From Tubiluchus corallicola (taxonomy: Eukaryota > Animalia > Priapulida): a stretch of 64,000 nt of DNA. The DNA lies in NCBI GenBank assembly GCA_030141605.1, contig JAQGDQ010000278.1:1-64000 (forward strand). Reading direction: 5' to 3'. The position numbers and the translations under genes are program-made. Under the pieces are notes generated by a model. The model was not told where the DNA came from, ran no database searches, and was given only the letters and a program-made list of their open reading frames with translations. Shown here in pieces: positions 26,601 to 39,300 of the stretch; position 1 is the first letter of the stretch; each line of letters opens with the position of its first letter.

Positions 26601-29600
26601 AACCATTCTGTGTCATTTGTATTGGCTACCTATTGAGCAACTTATCAAATATAAAATACTGCTACTTGTATTTCCCCTTCATGGCGAGGCACCCGACTAC
26701 ATTTGAACCTATGTAAAGAATTCATTAATCTTATCCTTTAAGGTAAAATACCTTTAATGTGTCTATGGCACTGTTCCTGGCTATTAAGACAATAATCTGC
26801 ATGAGTACTTTCTTCATTTCAAAGTCCTCCTTGCAATCTGTCAACTTCAAATACTGGACAAGAGCATGGTGGCAGCGCACATCTTGGAATGTTGCCAAAA
26901 TGCAGAGTTGTTGCAAGAGACCTGTAGTCTATACACAATACTGAATTATTATTAAATGTTTTCACAAATGTACTATGCAGAAAAACCATATGCTATAACG
27001 ATAATTTAGAAAAAGTTTAGTAATAAAAACGATCTAAAGTAATTAATACCAAAGGCCAGCTTAATTTTCGATTTTATCTTGTCTAGTTGAGCTAAGGAAA
27101 TAATGGTTAAAAAGAAAGATTTAAAATCGAGCAAAGAAATCATTATCATGTTTAAATCATTAATTAAAAGAATTAGCAATTATTAATACTTCCCAATATT
27201 CTTAATTGCAAGGGCCATGATCAGTTTTATTTTCTCGAAAATTGGACTCCGCTGTTTCTAAAACCAGCCTATTGTGCCCAAAAACATTAGATAAAAGGTA
27301 AATCATTTAATTATGTTCGAAGCAATGGTATGAAATCAGTAAAGAATTTAAGTTGCATCAACATAATTTTGTAATAAGGGATACCATTTATTCTTCTTTT
27401 CTCCTTTGTTTTTCAATGTCTCTTCGTGAATATATTTCATTAATTCTGATGACAATAGGATGGTAGGTTTATTTTACTGTTATCACTTAAACTTAGAAGA
27501 ACATAACAAAGAAAGTTGCAGAAAACTGTCTAGAAAGCAATAAATCTAAAATATACTGCATGTGAATAGAAATTTTCAGATGTTGTGGTTGCCACCATTC
27601 GTGTAAAAATAATGCATGCAAAAATATTACAATATCAGTCATCTATTGTTTTTGCAAAAAATTTATTACTCTTTTAACAAAGACTGACAGTGTAATACTT
27701 TTTTCCAGGACGAATGACATCATTGGAAGAATAAGAGATTCAAAATTGGAGTATCCAAGCATGAAGTGATAGCGACTTTAACGTGATTTTACTAATTACA
27801 CGAGACTCTTATTGCAGTTTTATTACTAAATCCTAGTAACACTTTTTGTGAACATTGAAATGAGCCTAACTTGCCAGAAGGCTTGGCCTTTCTTTTACTT
27901 TTACATGAGATAAAAACATTGAAAGAGTATTTGTTCAACGGAGTTGATGAAACTTTCAGCTGCTTTGAAACTAAACATCATCATCATCTCTGGAGTCACA
28001 CGTCCTCTGGCATAACCCTTGCAATCACTACTGGCCATGCTGCCCTGTTGCCTGAAACCTACCATGTCTCTGTATTTTCGATATCTAACGGCATGTTGAT
28101 AAGATCTTTTTGAATGAAATCAATGCAAGTCATTAGCTGCGCTTCTTTGAAAGCTAATTTTAAAGCTACTTAAAACTAAACAACATACCACAAATGCCGT
28201 GCTGAACTTGAACTCAGCAACTGATAAAACAACAATCAGCAAATCATTCCTTAATTGTTTATCATGCTTCCGAGCGGCAAAAGATAACTGCTGGAGCAGA
28301 GCCTCCTGCAGGCCGGACAGAGAACTACTGCTTGCCAGTTGTTCAATAACTCCTGCCTTTTCCTTTTCTAATAGATTAAAGAGAATTTCAGTCACAATCC
28401 AGATGAGTTCTCTCGGTGGCGTGTCAACAAGAGAACGACAAAGAACAAACGGCAATTCGGCTTTCACTAACTGATCACAACTCTCATCTGAAAGTACAAT
28501 TGACATGAATTGATTTAAGTTGTAATTAAACATCCTCACTAATCCAGAAAAATGGAAACGAATTCATAGATTTTAAAGATTCAGCAAGAATTGTATAGCA
28601 TGGTAGAACACACAAAATTGTATGTATGTTAAATCAGTCTAAGTGTCAGAAATAAACAGGTAACAAGTTTGAACTCTTAATACCTGAGGAAACACTAAAC
28701 AGATGCAATTCATCCAGTAATTCCAAAATAAGATTCAATCGGTTTGTTTGAATTTTTGCGAAATACTGCAATGAAAAAATACAAACAGTTACAAAACAAT
28801 TGACTGCAAAATATTGGAAGCAATGTGCAATATTAAAAAGCAACAGAATGTACATTAGCTGTAAATACAAAGTTAAAAAAGACAGAAACACAAAAATGTG
28901 TTAAAACTATTTCAACATGTTTATTTTTTTAAAATAAAAACACACACATGCTGAAGGCGTTATTAATACAGTAATGGAATGGAAGATTTTGTGGAAAGAA
29001 ATACCACCTTTATCTAAATATGTGAACACACATCTGAAGAAAAGGTTAGAAGCTCTTCAAACTAGAGTTAAATTGGAACTGTTTATGCATTCTGAAACTC
29101 ACGAATCTGTCCGTATAAAGCATACATTTTCAAACTGTACCATGCAGGAAAATTGTCTTCTGTCCACAAAGTTAATCATTACACCAGCAATTTGCTTTGT
29201 GGTTTCACTTCCTCCAATTTCAACAGGACCTTGATCTCAGAAAACTCAAGCTGAACTATGCTTTATGTTCAATACACATGCCTCTAATACACAATACACA
29301 TATATTCTACCTTGAATAATACCATTCATGATCTTTCTGACTTCATTTGCAACTGTTTGTGACCACACGTTTATATAATGCATTAGTACAACCCGATTCC
29401 TGAAGCTGCCTCTTGCATAAACAGTAATTGGCATCACTCGACGGTTTGACTTATTATGCCGTACGACTTATCATGTTCAAGTTTTTGTCCACCCAGAGGC
29501 ATTTCAGAGGTAATTACTGGAATGCCTCTTATAGAAATACATATGCAATAAAATTACCTTTAAACGTTATGTTAAAGATAATGAGTAGTGATGCCAATGA

Positions 29601-32600
29601 TTCACTGGACAACTACTTACATTGGCTGTGTTGGCAAGAATAATCACAGATTTTAAAAAGCGCTATATCTTTAGTCAGATACCTAATGTGGGACAATTAT
29701 CTAGCTCACACAAGATGAGTGTTTTTTATTTGACAAACAGCTGGAATTACGTACACATCAACTTCATTACAGCAAAATGGGTTTAAAAACTACATTTGCA
29801 GTTACGGAGCCAGAAGACATAAAAATAGAGAAAATAAAAAAGCGCAACTTCAATGCACCAATTTAGAAGCGAATAACTTTGTCAGCACTTCACCCTTTAC
29901 CTACTGGTTGGCTATGCTGTTTGGTTGAGAATCTATTGAGATTATTTCCCTTACGAGACAGGAAAACTTTAATGAGTTTTTGTCATGTCTTGGTTTCACC
30001 AAAACTTCACTTTGTGCCTGTCAACTAAAACCACAAACTCCGGAACATTTGTCTGTCCATTTGTCTGTCATACAAAAAGAGATTTTTTTAAACTTGTGGT
30101 AAGAAGTACACAATTTGCTCAATATTTGTCAAACAAAACAAGAACTTGATCTGTTGCAATGAATATTTCCCAATCATGTTTTTAAATCAACTTATTTACT
30201 TGTGTAGTTCTTTGCTAGGAAGTACAGCCTTAAAAGAACAAACTACAAATGTATTGAAATGCAGTAGCTGTCAAAGCAATATGTATGTAAAACAGAAGCT
30301 GCCTACACTTCATTTTGAAACAGCAACATGCAGTCATACAGAATGATTTGAGTGTCAACGCATTGCGATTAGTTTACAGTGGACTATACAACTCTTACAT
30401 AAAAAACAAAAAGTATTGCTACATATAAATTACAAAGGATTTGTAAAAAAATATCCAATTAAAATATGTCTAGCTTACTTTTACCTTTGCCAGAGCTGTA
30501 GGAAAAGTGCCTTTGTTCACAATGGTCATGTTAGTATCATTGTCTGTGTAATGAAGACCATTCATATTACTAAGATGAAGCTCAATCATACAAAAACTGA
30601 ACACTGATCGGCAGATTTGAAGTTTGATTGGTTCTATTACTAGTTCTCCTAAGACATTTCCTGTGCAAAAAACATCTACATGGTGAAAAAGATTAAATTA
30701 TGTAAACCTAGATCTATCTGCATGTCTCCCAAAACCTCCATACAGGATATGAACAGCTCATTAAGATCCAAAATTTGCAAAATTTCTTACCTTTTTTACA
30801 TTTTTCACATTCCATTACTTAACTATTTATAATCATAGTTTCAAGATTATCAGTTACTTACTGAACCAGGGGTGTGCAAATTATATGACTAGCCGGGCCA
30901 CATTAAACTTTCCCGCAATTCCTGCAGGCCACAGGCAGTTTGATCAAGAAGCCAAGTACAGAAAGGCCTAATAACGATTTTTTTGCATCCGACCTGCATA
31001 CATCATTACTACTACACTCAAAAAACTATTTTACAAGTTATTAAAATTTATATTACAAACCATATATTTCTACTTTCATGACAGATAGTGGTAATTTCAT
31101 TAAAATGCTTATTAGTAATGTATATCACACAGTCTGTGTAGTACAGTGACAATAAGCTACAACCGTCTTGTAAGGGTTAATGCCATCCGATCTAGTAGAA
31201 ACAACTACCAGCACTATCTTTGGGATCGTGGCATGGACTTCAGCTGGATACACTCAATTAATCGCCCGGGCCGCACTTTCATTAGGTTGACAAATCTCTT
31301 CGCGGGCCGCACTTTCATTGGGTTGACAAATCTCTTCGTGGGCCGCACAAATTCTCTCGGCCGGCCGCAAGTGGCCTGCGGGCCGCAATTTGCACACCCC
31401 TGTACTAAACGATCTCATAAATCATTTAATTTTTGTAATATAAATAAATTCTGACCAAAAATGTAATGTGAAGTTGGGTTTGAACTTTGATTTGAACTAC
31501 AAAGATTTGGAACACAAGTTAATCGCCACCTTTCTAACGGTTGGAAATGATTGACGATTGACTGACCATTAGGATTTAATTAATACCTGTCTTGTTCACA
31601 ACAGTCAACTGTTTGGCCAACTGATCATGGCACTGTCCTTGTAAAGTGAGGCAGCAGTTTAAACCCTGATTCAGACCTGACTTTTCCACATTAACTTGAT
31701 AAATGTAGGTTCATTCCGTAAGTAGATTTGCAGTTATAATAGTATTTCTGCACTTGGTACTTTGAATAAGTATGAAATCTACATTGTTTCCAAAACCCCT
31801 TCAATAAGAAAGTGTCAGAAATGCCCGTGTCACACAGAGAAAGCATTAAGCAGCAAGGCATAAGTCATAATCCGTAAGCCATAAAAGTGCAGCACATGTA
31901 GTAATTTGCGGTATGAGCCTTGCTCTGTCTAACTAGCAAGGCATTATACCATAATTCGTTTTTTTGGCGGGAGTCACGAATCAGTTTTCTGGATCAAGCA
32001 AAATGTCGAAATCGTGTCCATTGCTGGATCCGGTTGCATCATAGCTTGTAATGCAGTGTATTAAGAAGTAACGGCATAAACGAACAATGTGGGTTAGACC
32101 CATTTATAGCAATAGGCGAAAAAAAGGAGAATTTGTGACATTATTTTAAACGATCAAGAGTGATAACGAACATTTTTTAACAACACTAAGCTGTCTGTCA
32201 AATCATTTCATTTAAGAAAAGATTATCAGCCACATGCATTGTATAATACGATTGTATATTGTATAATGCAATGAATAATACATTGTATAATTGTATATGA
32301 TTGACTGGTATGCTGCCTCCTGTGTGTAGTGTACATTTCTTCTGTGCATTATGGGCAGTTGTAAATAAGTATTGTGGATTAAAAATCCTTATATATGTTT
32401 ATAGAAGGCTACATTAGTGTTATGAATTCTTATGATATAAATGAATTGTACACTATAAAAACCACAAATACGCTAGTTATCCGATTAGTGATAACCAAAA
32501 AAGCCTTACAGCAAGTGAAATTAGTGGCCAAATTCATTTTCCAGTAAAGCACATTATGGCTGACAGCTCACAGTAAGCAAACCGAGGTCGGCGGAAGACG

Positions 32601-34784
32601 GCATATGGAATATCTATGTGACAGGGAACACTAGTTAGCTTACATTAAATTCTCATGAGGCGGCTTTTTCTCCTTATAGCTTACGTCTTGTGGATTATGA
32701 CTAGCTTTGTCTGATACAGGCCTGGTATGTGTAACTGACATAAAAATTCTAACCTAGTCGACTGTAGCTTTCGATTGCACTGCTTTCATAGGTCACACTG
32801 TCGGATGCTTTCTCCATCAGTAAAGGCATCCCAAGTAAACTGACAAGATTAAGAAGTTCTTCTCTATGATGCTCCTCATAGTATGTGCTGTTCTTTGCAC
32901 ATTTTTCAACGATCTCTGCGACTAACGCAACATCTTTTATAAGCTAACATTAATTTAAGGAGTTGAAAATTTTCTATGTTACGATTTTTTAAATCAGTTC
33001 CACCTCAAAGTGCTAATGGAGAGAAGATTTACAAACTTTTAACATAACTGTAATTCTAATAATTAATAAACAGACATATACTAAAACCACTAATATCATG
33101 ATTCATCCAGAAGAACTTCCTGGCAACCATTCACAGGCAAAACATTGAAAGGATACAATTCCGTAAGGATTTTCCTGGGTTATCTTTTTGACAAAATGAA
33201 TATGTCTTTCATGTTGAACAGCCTGAAATCAAACATATTATCGGTATGCACAAGAACTTTCATTATAGTCACACAAGTAATGCTTCTGACAATAATGCCA
33301 GCAACAATTTATACAGATATCATGTCATGTTGATTTTATTGTGAAATTAATGTAATTATATAATCCCATGTAGACCATGTCATCATGATTTTGTTATATT
33401 GTATTGTTGTTCGGTAATTTCGTAATAAAATAAAAAAGAAATATAAAAAACCTTCAACTTCTACTAACACCACATTTTTTGGTAAATTTCCATTCACTGT
33501 TAGAAAAAAATATCAGAATGATCTAGAAAACTTTTAAACATATTGGCTGCAGAAAAGTGTAGGTATAATACTAGGCTGATGCTTGCCACAGTGCTCAGAA
33601 ACATGCTGCCAGACATGCTACTTAGCAAATAATGGACATTTTCTCTTCCATCACGGTCAGGGTTTATCTCAAAAAACTTGAATAAAGTTTTTTTTTATAT
33701 ATAAACATACAGCTATTTATTAACAACATTAACAATGAAGTATAGATTGCTTAACTAAAATTTCTGCCAAATGAAAGTTTTCAAAATAAGTAATCCTAAG
33801 CCAGGACACCATTGTTATATAAAACAGTGATTGACCCAAGTTGTAAAAATTATTTATTTACTTTCTACACCCTCTACATTGTGATGGTACGAAGCCATAA
33901 TGTCAGCATAACATATTAGGTATAAAAGTGCTGAAATGAAATGGCCTTGTTGCTTCAGTAGGCAAATGAGTAGATAATTTCACTTATTCAGGACCTGCTC
34001 TGTAATTGCAACCAGAAACACGGGAGTGAAGTCTGGCAATTTCACTATACGCTCATATCTCGGTTTGCTGGACCACACTTTTGCGGATATTGGAAGATTC
34101 GGACAAAATCTGGACCATTAAAAAGTCCCGCGTACTACGGACAGGGGTAGTCCGCTGTTTCGCGAGTTGACCACTAGTTGGCGGGGCCGTCACTTTGTTT
34201 ACATCATTACATCAGTGTAAAGCATGTGCAGAAAAATATAAAGTCAGTTATGCGGAATTAGTCGAGTCAATTGGCGACAGTTTTTATATACTTTTGCAGA
34301 GAAGCAGATAATTAGGCGACTGAGTCTACATTACCGTAGGTCTAATACACGGTGCATACTAGCATTAGCTTAGTATCGGAAGATATGGACAATCGGCAAA
34401 TTCGCAAGTCTCCCCGCTTTTCTCCGGCAAACCGAGATGTGAATGTATAAATTCCTGGTTTCAAACTGCATTTCCATGTCACCACTGATTATGAATTACA
34501 AGACAGTAACATGCTCTTGGTCGTCATCATTACATCATCTAATTTTTTTCAACATGAGAAGTATCTACCATAACAAAAATCAATTATATTATTTTGTTCA
34601 CTTAAAAAATTATATACATCAAAAATCATCAATAAAACAAAATTTGATAATATCCAAAACAGTTAACTGAAAAACAAATTGCACTAGGCACAAATTACGT
34701 TGCATTACATTACAACAAGTAATTAATCATACTCACTGTTAACGGATCGTCAAACAACTGCAGTAAAGCTAGCATGGTTATATG
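14328..34784 (-). CDS. CFAP69: Cilia- and flagella-associated protein 69 (ARM-like), 16 exons, about 875 codons; N-terminus uncertain
   Basis: Exons 34737-34784, 33157-33222, 32754-32943, 30485-30660, 28684-28765, 28189-28487, 26752-26928, 24495-24711, 23435-23563, 22766-22884, 21273-21391, 19288-19369, 18042-18240, 17513-17733, 15757-15954 and 14328-14630 join with consistent phases (2625 nt). Peptides recognised as CFAP69-like: DKQLRNDLL, EDFEMKK, GGTRML, DLCDQGAI, HRKELFG, EGIFLLLDLLE, LWREEEK, IVDVSANNRSKIYS, FMARTAN, VESTP. Confidence 0.9.
15757..15954 (-). CDS. CFAP69: CFAP69 exon (VGQVWAETRSELHEEKIRPVSPD...CYDE)
   Basis: ttcag/gtaaaa boundaries; GxxW and IRP motifs. Confidence 0.9.
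16190..16340 (+). repeat. Dispersed repeat, copy 1 (copy 2 at about 27755-27905)
   Basis: Shared ACTTTAA-GTGAT-TTACTAATTACAC...TTATTACTAAATCCT...GCCTA-CTT-CCAGAAGGCTTGG. Confidence 0.8.
17513..17733 (-). CDS. CFAP69: CFAP69 exon (...SPAIVDVSANNRSKIYSL...YLNLK)
   Basis: Open frame with ag/gt boundaries and a phase 1 junction. Confidence 0.9.
18042..18240 (-). CDS. CFAP69: CFAP69 exon (VCPSAMNSIILGCILDFCEN...LWREEEK...)
   Basis: ORF 17977-18240 trimmed to splice sites. Confidence 0.92.
19288..19369 (-). CDS. CFAP69: CFAP69 exon (WSCVVGCSMNEDKFLEYEGIFLLLDLLE)
   Basis: ttttaccag/gtagat boundaries; highly conserved peptide. Confidence 0.92.
19428..19558 (+). repeat. Dispersed repeat, copy 1 (copy 2 at about 20893-21028)
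   Basis: Shared CGTCTTATAAA...CTCTAAAAG...AATTTTGAGAAACTT...GGGTCA..GACACTTTTTT.ATGAAAAC. Confidence 0.8.
19926..20469 (+). mobile_element. 5S rRNA-derived SINE (SINE3) with RTE-like body and tail, in a CFAP69 intron
   Basis: 120-nt 5S head, GC-rich body of about 420 nt ending CTCCATTGAGACAGAAGGATGCCAATCAG, and an 11-bp TSD TACTGCTAGTA at 19915-19925 and 20470-20480. Confidence 0.85.
19928..20047 (+). rRNA. 5S rRNA-like sequence (SINE head or pseudogene, probably not a functional rDNA unit)
   Basis: GACTACGGCCAAATCACGTTGAAAACACCGGTTCTCGTCTGATCACCGAGGTTAAGCAACG...AGTACTTGGATGGGTGAC...GGTGCTGTAGGCTT; full length with A and C boxes but no T-run terminator. Confidence 0.85.
20484..20704. repeat. 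Inverted repeat with arms of about 80 bp (foldback or MITE-like)
   Basis: 20484-20564 is the imperfect reverse complement of 20627-20704. Confidence 0.8.
20893..21028 (+). repeat. Dispersed repeat, copy 2 of 19428-19558
   Basis: Direct comparison of the two copies. Confidence 0.8.
21273..21391 (-). CDS. CFAP69: CFAP69 exon (ELFGERGVCCLLHYL...GFGHNQLLIITIHCVW)
   Basis: attag/gtaagt boundaries. Confidence 0.9.
22766..22884 (-). CDS. CFAP69: CFAP69 exon (...VDMQCNILFILGTLCGSDVHRK)
   Basis: tttag/gtatgt boundaries. Confidence 0.9.
23136..23353 (+). mobile_element. Degenerate tRNA-headed SINE with Nin-like central domain
   Basis: GTAGCTCAATGGTAG A box; GTCATACCAAAGACTTAAAAAATTG resembles the Nin domain as recalled; LINE-like tail GGGACCACCTTGGAAATAAG ending in (ATT)n. 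Confidence 0.6.
23435..23563 (-). CDS. CFAP69: CFAP69 exon (...LYWCIQLMQSLV...EDLCDQGAINQLL)
   Basis: ttttgcag/gtaaaa boundaries; phase 1 at both ends. Confidence 0.87.
24495..24711 (-). CDS. CFAP69: CFAP69 exon (ILSKNKVLLALFSYV...WTRGQYHELQVQA...GGTRMLVFVDWYSK)
   Basis: ORF 24484-24708 adjusted to splice sites. Confidence 0.92.
26752..26928 (-). CDS. CFAP69: CFAP69 exon (TTGLLQQLCILATFQDV...EDFEMKKVL...DTLK)
   Basis: tatag/gtattt boundaries; phase 0. Confidence 0.9.
27755..27905 (+). repeat. Dispersed repeat, copy 2 of 16190-16340
   Basis: Direct comparison of the two copies. Confidence 0.8.
28189..28487 (-). CDS. CFAP69: CFAP69 exon (ESCDQLVKAEL...EILFNLLE...DKQLRNDLL...TAFV)
   Basis: ORF 28120-28539 trimmed to tttcag/gtatgt. 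Confidence 0.93.
28684..28765 (-). CDS. CFAP69: CFAP69 exon (YFAKIQTNRLNLILELLDELHLFSVSS)
   Basis: ttgcag/gtatta boundaries; phases fit. Confidence 0.82.
30485..30660 (-). CDS. CFAP69: CFAP69 exon (GNVLGELVIEPIKLQICRSVFSF...PTALAK)
   Basis: ttttgcacag/gtaaaa boundaries; open frame; QIC motif. Confidence 0.85.
30867..31402. mobile_element. Non-autonomous hAT (Charlie-like) MITE
   Basis: 16-bp TIR CAGGGGTGTGCAAATT / AATTTGCACACCCCTG; 8-bp TSD TACTGAAC / TACTAAAC; subterminal GGGCCGCA repeats. Confidence 0.9.
32754..32943 (-). CDS. CFAP69: CFAP69 exon (LIKDVALVAEI...LLGMPLLMEKASDSVTY...SRL)
   Basis: Open frame; GxP...KxSD motif. Confidence 0.87.
32944..33156 (-). other. U12-type (minor spliceosome) GT-AG intron in CFAP69
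   Basis: 5' site GTATCCTTT; branch-like TCCTTAAAT at 32961-32953, about 10 nt from AG; no polypyrimidine tract. Confidence 0.88.
33157..33222 (-). CDS. CFAP69: CFAP69 exon (AVQHERHIHFVKKITQENPYGI)
   Basis: tttcag acceptor and U12 donor; phase 0. Confidence 0.85.
34737..34784 (-). CDS. CFAP69: Probable CFAP69 exon (HITMLALLQLFDDPLT); 5' boundary or start uncertain
   Basis: Strong gtgagt donor in phase 0 and LFxDP motif; either a weak catag acceptor or an ATG start at 34775. Confidence 0.6.
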
Positions 34785-35967
34785 CTATGCCATCCTAATC
34801 ACAGTGCAGCATTACCTTACAGTACACAGTATCCTAATCATAGTACAAAACATAGATTACTACATTATTACACATAACATCATTATATACACCAATTCTG
34901 AAATTCCATTTTGGTTATAAAACAATCATGAAAATATATATATAAACAAATAGCTAAACAAGAAATATTTGATTTTCATAGGAATAATTACAATCATGTG
35001 AAAAGCATGTAAGAGCACAGTAGTAAAATGGACAGCATTGTAAACATTAAAACCTACTTAAGTCATTTAAAATTTATTCATTTAAACGTTCATTAACTTA
35101 ACATTAAATGACCCAATTATTTAAAAAGACTCAATCTTATTTATTCATTTAAAATGGGTGAATCTTAAGTCATTTATTAAGACAACGGCTGAACTTCTGC
35201 AGCTAAATTTCAAAATTATGTTGAATATTTGTCATTTTTTGACATTTTTTAATGACTTCAATCAAGAAAATTTTGCGTACAGTGATCTCTCACTAATCTA
35301 ATCTGTTCAGTTTGGGGTGATCCCATTTTGAGCACATTATTTCAGCAATTTTTTTAATTGACAGAATATAGATCTGTCATATGCTCTACCTCATCCTAGC
35401 TAATTGTTTACACACACAACTGCTACCTATGATGGAACGATCACACAATTAATTGAAATTTTACAAACTAAATTTACTTGCGAGACAGGAAATGTGAAAA
35501 ATTTGGTGCAAAGTCTGGATTTGACCAGAGACGTTCCACTTAATACAGCAGATGAAATATACTACAAATTATGATACATTCCCAACAAATTATGATACAT
35601 CTTAGATAATCCTTATGACTGATCAACCAGTTCAGCATTTCAAAGATTGGTTCACTCACCCTAGTGTTACACTAATGAACTTAAGGCCTCAAAGGGTTGC
35701 AATACTCCCCACATTTTGTGACTTTCCCAAAAATCAGTGGCAGATCCCGAGCAAAATGATAGCACAACGTTTTGTCTGGAATTTTGCGGAATGCAACCAA
35801 TGCCTTGAGCGAAAAGAGTTTCCCAGCAATAAGTTCACTACATGATAAAATCCAAGACAATCATTGTCATCAGCTGAATCGCATTACAAAAACTTTTTGT
35901 GTCATAAAAATGATAAATTATAAGAAGCTGCACTAAGCAGCAAAGTTATTCATTTACACGTCATGAA

Positions 35968-36330
35968 CAGGGCAGGATTATCCTATAGGCTAGTATAGGC
36001 TACAGCCTGGGACTCCTAGCTCTGGTGAAATTTGATATAAAATTTGTTTTTTTACAACTTTGTTTTAAAATATGTGCTAATTTGGTTTTGCAATAAACAG
36101 CAAAATAGCAGTATTTGTCAAAGAGCATTTTTATTGATCAACAAATGATAGCTATTCTAGTTATTTAAAGAATTGCAACAAGTTTACTTCAAGTTATGTA
36201 AGTGTTGTTAAAATATATCACGAGTAAACTATATCATGAAGGGTGTGGATGAGTTAGAGGGTGGCACCATCTGAGGAGGCCCATAATTTTATGAGCCAAT
36301 GGGACCCCAAAAGGTCACAATCTGGGTCTA
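35968..36330 (+). mobile_element. hAT-like MITE, same family as 45967-46351 in opposite orientation
   Basis: CAGGGCAGGATTATCCTATAGGCTA start; degenerate right TIR; TSD GTCATGAA / GTCATAGA. Confidence 0.65.
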
Positions 36331-39300
36331 GTCATAGAATAATACAGTTTAAATTTGCACAATTGTTGTGTTTTTTAAACGGTTTTAAAGACATAATGAT
36401 CGAACACATTTAGTTATTACTGACAAACTGCACAGCATTTTAATGTCATCAGTTTCTTGATAGATAAGCCAAGTTATGAAAAGCCAGTACTCAACTTTAG
36501 TGGTGTTATACTGTGAAAGAAACTGCGTGAGCACCACTTTGGGAGCAAAAGTCTAAAATTATTTTGGCAAGACTGCAGATATTTCTAGCAAGAATTATAA
36601 TTTCAATAAAGAATAATGACTGACTTTTAATACTGCAAAATTATACTTTACACTGTGTTTTAAACTTGAACACAAAATACAGTAATGAATCCGAATACAG
36701 TATTTGCAAGAAAATACAAATGACGTCAAACACATTGGTTTATCACTCTGCTTCCGCTGTAATGTCAGCAGCGGCATTCAGGACAACAGCTCATGCTGGA
36801 CAACAACTGTCTAAACTAAACTAAACTAAACAACACGACAGTCACAACTAATGGCTAATCAATAGATCAACTGATTACAGTATTTCATAAACACAAATTT
36901 GCAGAGCAGCAGCCATTCTTACACGAAATTAACACTTCAAGTAGACGAAAATGACTTTTCAATTTAAACAGAACGTAAAGACTAAGTTTTAAAGCACTGC
37001 AAAATACAGAGATATAGGTATAATAAAAAAGAAACTAAGCCAGTTAGCCTTGTTTTATAATAAATGAGCAATAAAAATATTGAGTCTCTCTTGCCTTTAA
37101 CCATAAGAACACATCATGACTGCGATGTATTTTCTCTATATTAACATCAAGTGCTCGTCTGCAAGATTTATTCAGTTTTTGTATTTTTCCGTTTATTAGG
37201 CTACGGAAATGGAATAAATTTGATTGTTCCATTCCATCGACGACCCTTACATTGAATGCCCAAGTTACATAAGCCCCAATTGCATCTTTTAACCACGATC
37301 ATAAACAAAAAATAGCATAAAATAAACTATATCACATTGATGTATATTATCGGTTTTGATCTCATTTGAATTAATTTTGAAGTCCTGTGAAGATCTCATT
37401 GAGGTCTATAAAAACTGGCCAGAAAAGAAACATTTTGTTTTGTCATTGTTTAAAGTTAATCAAATAGTTATTTTTATCTAACTTGCAAAGCCGTAAACTA
37501 AATTAAACTGCGTATTTTCTTGATTGCAAAATGATTTAATCAGCAACTCATAGTCATAAGCATTGTGCATTTCTTCCTATAAACGAAACTAAACTATATA
37601 TTTCCACTAATTGACTTGAAATTTGAATTGACAATAACAAAATCTAGAACCAGGCACATATTTTTCCAGCTAACTAAAGAAAAGTTGAGTATTTTCCATA
37701 CCAGTGTTAGACGGAGCTGTAGCTAAATGTCCGGCACGTACCAGCGTTAATTAAGCCCTGCAGGGGCGTGAATTAATTTACACGCTGCTTGGGCAGTCAC
37801 AGATGATGATTGACATTATGTTAGACGTCAATTGCGAACAGGCTAAACGGAGATCTCATGGACCCTCTTACAGCACCTACACTGCGATAGACTCTACGTC
37901 CCTATTTTGAGCAACTGAGCTAGATTGGGTAATCCTGTTGCGTCCGCCGGGTAAGTAGACTAGAAGGTCCCTGAGTCAAATCTAGGCCGTGCCACAATTT
38001 TTTACATTTCCTGTCTTTGCAGTAAGTTTGATTTCTAAGCTTCAAATATGCCAATGTATTGTGGATTCGTTGCATCACTAGTAGTTGTTGACCAATTACC
38101 TAGTTTTAGCACATAGTACCAACTTACAAACGTTTACATTACGCTAAATAAGTATAACTTCATCCAAAATATTGTTATTTTAATAAACTATACTATCGTC
38201 TGCGTTAAAGTGCGTTTCCCGTGACGCTACAATAGAAGAAACCTTTTGCTAGTATGATGATCACACAAGCACATAATTTCTTACCGCAAGGGTCCCTGAC
38301 GAGAAGCTTGGCTTGGAGCTATTCCCTGAAATAATACATACATGATCGATACTATAAACTGTACATATCTTTGAAAACTATTACAAGCAATAGGAACAAA
38401 ACTCCTTTCAGCATCAAAACTTTTCAACTGAAATGGCTTTTTATATCGAAACTTTGTTATAAAAAAACATGCAATTGCAATTTCTAAATCCAAAGCATCA
38501 GCCAGAATTATCCATATGCAGTAATCTATAACGTCTCAGTAAACAAATGTAGAATGTTGATAACATCTGCCACACACTCTATTTAGTAGGTTTTTACAGC
38601 GCATTGCGACTTAATTTGTGCTCTGCATAGCCAACATTGCAATTATTTCGGCAGTAAAGAGTAACTTCAAACAGCGCCACCGTGCAAAAATTTCCATATA
38701 TACGAGGTTCGCCTGGCAAATGGCACAGATCTTTTCGTGACTGGGTTGACAATGCATCAGCATTGCATTGTTTGGAAAATTATGCCTGAGAAAGACAAAG
38801 TTGGCTGCGGCGTGAACAGTTGCCTGTACAGGATATTTAACTGCGCAGCAAAAGCTTATGCATTTATTTGCTGTTGAATATTTGCAGAAAGCGCTCTGGG
38901 TAAACAAAACTGAATGGTTTTTTTACGCAAGTTTATTAGCCAGACCGCAAGTGTGCAAACGTAGTTGCTTATATTATGCTTTGAATAATTATACCCCTCC
39001 CCCCCCCCCCAATAATTACAAAACTGAACGAAAAAGAATAAACTGAAAAGTTGAAGCAATTGCTAGCGAAATCACTCGTACATTTTCAAACATTGTGATG
39101 CACATGACCAGCCAGACCCACTGCTCATCAAAAGTAATTATTTCTGCCGTCATTGCAAACGTCATAACTCTTGTCACTTGCCTTGGAAATACGATTTTTG
39201 GTGGTTTTTGGTGGAGCTTTACTAAAAGAGGAGCTTTTCAGTGAGTCAGACTCTGAAATAACCTACTCATGAAGAGTGCTATGGTAGGAAAATGCAGTAT

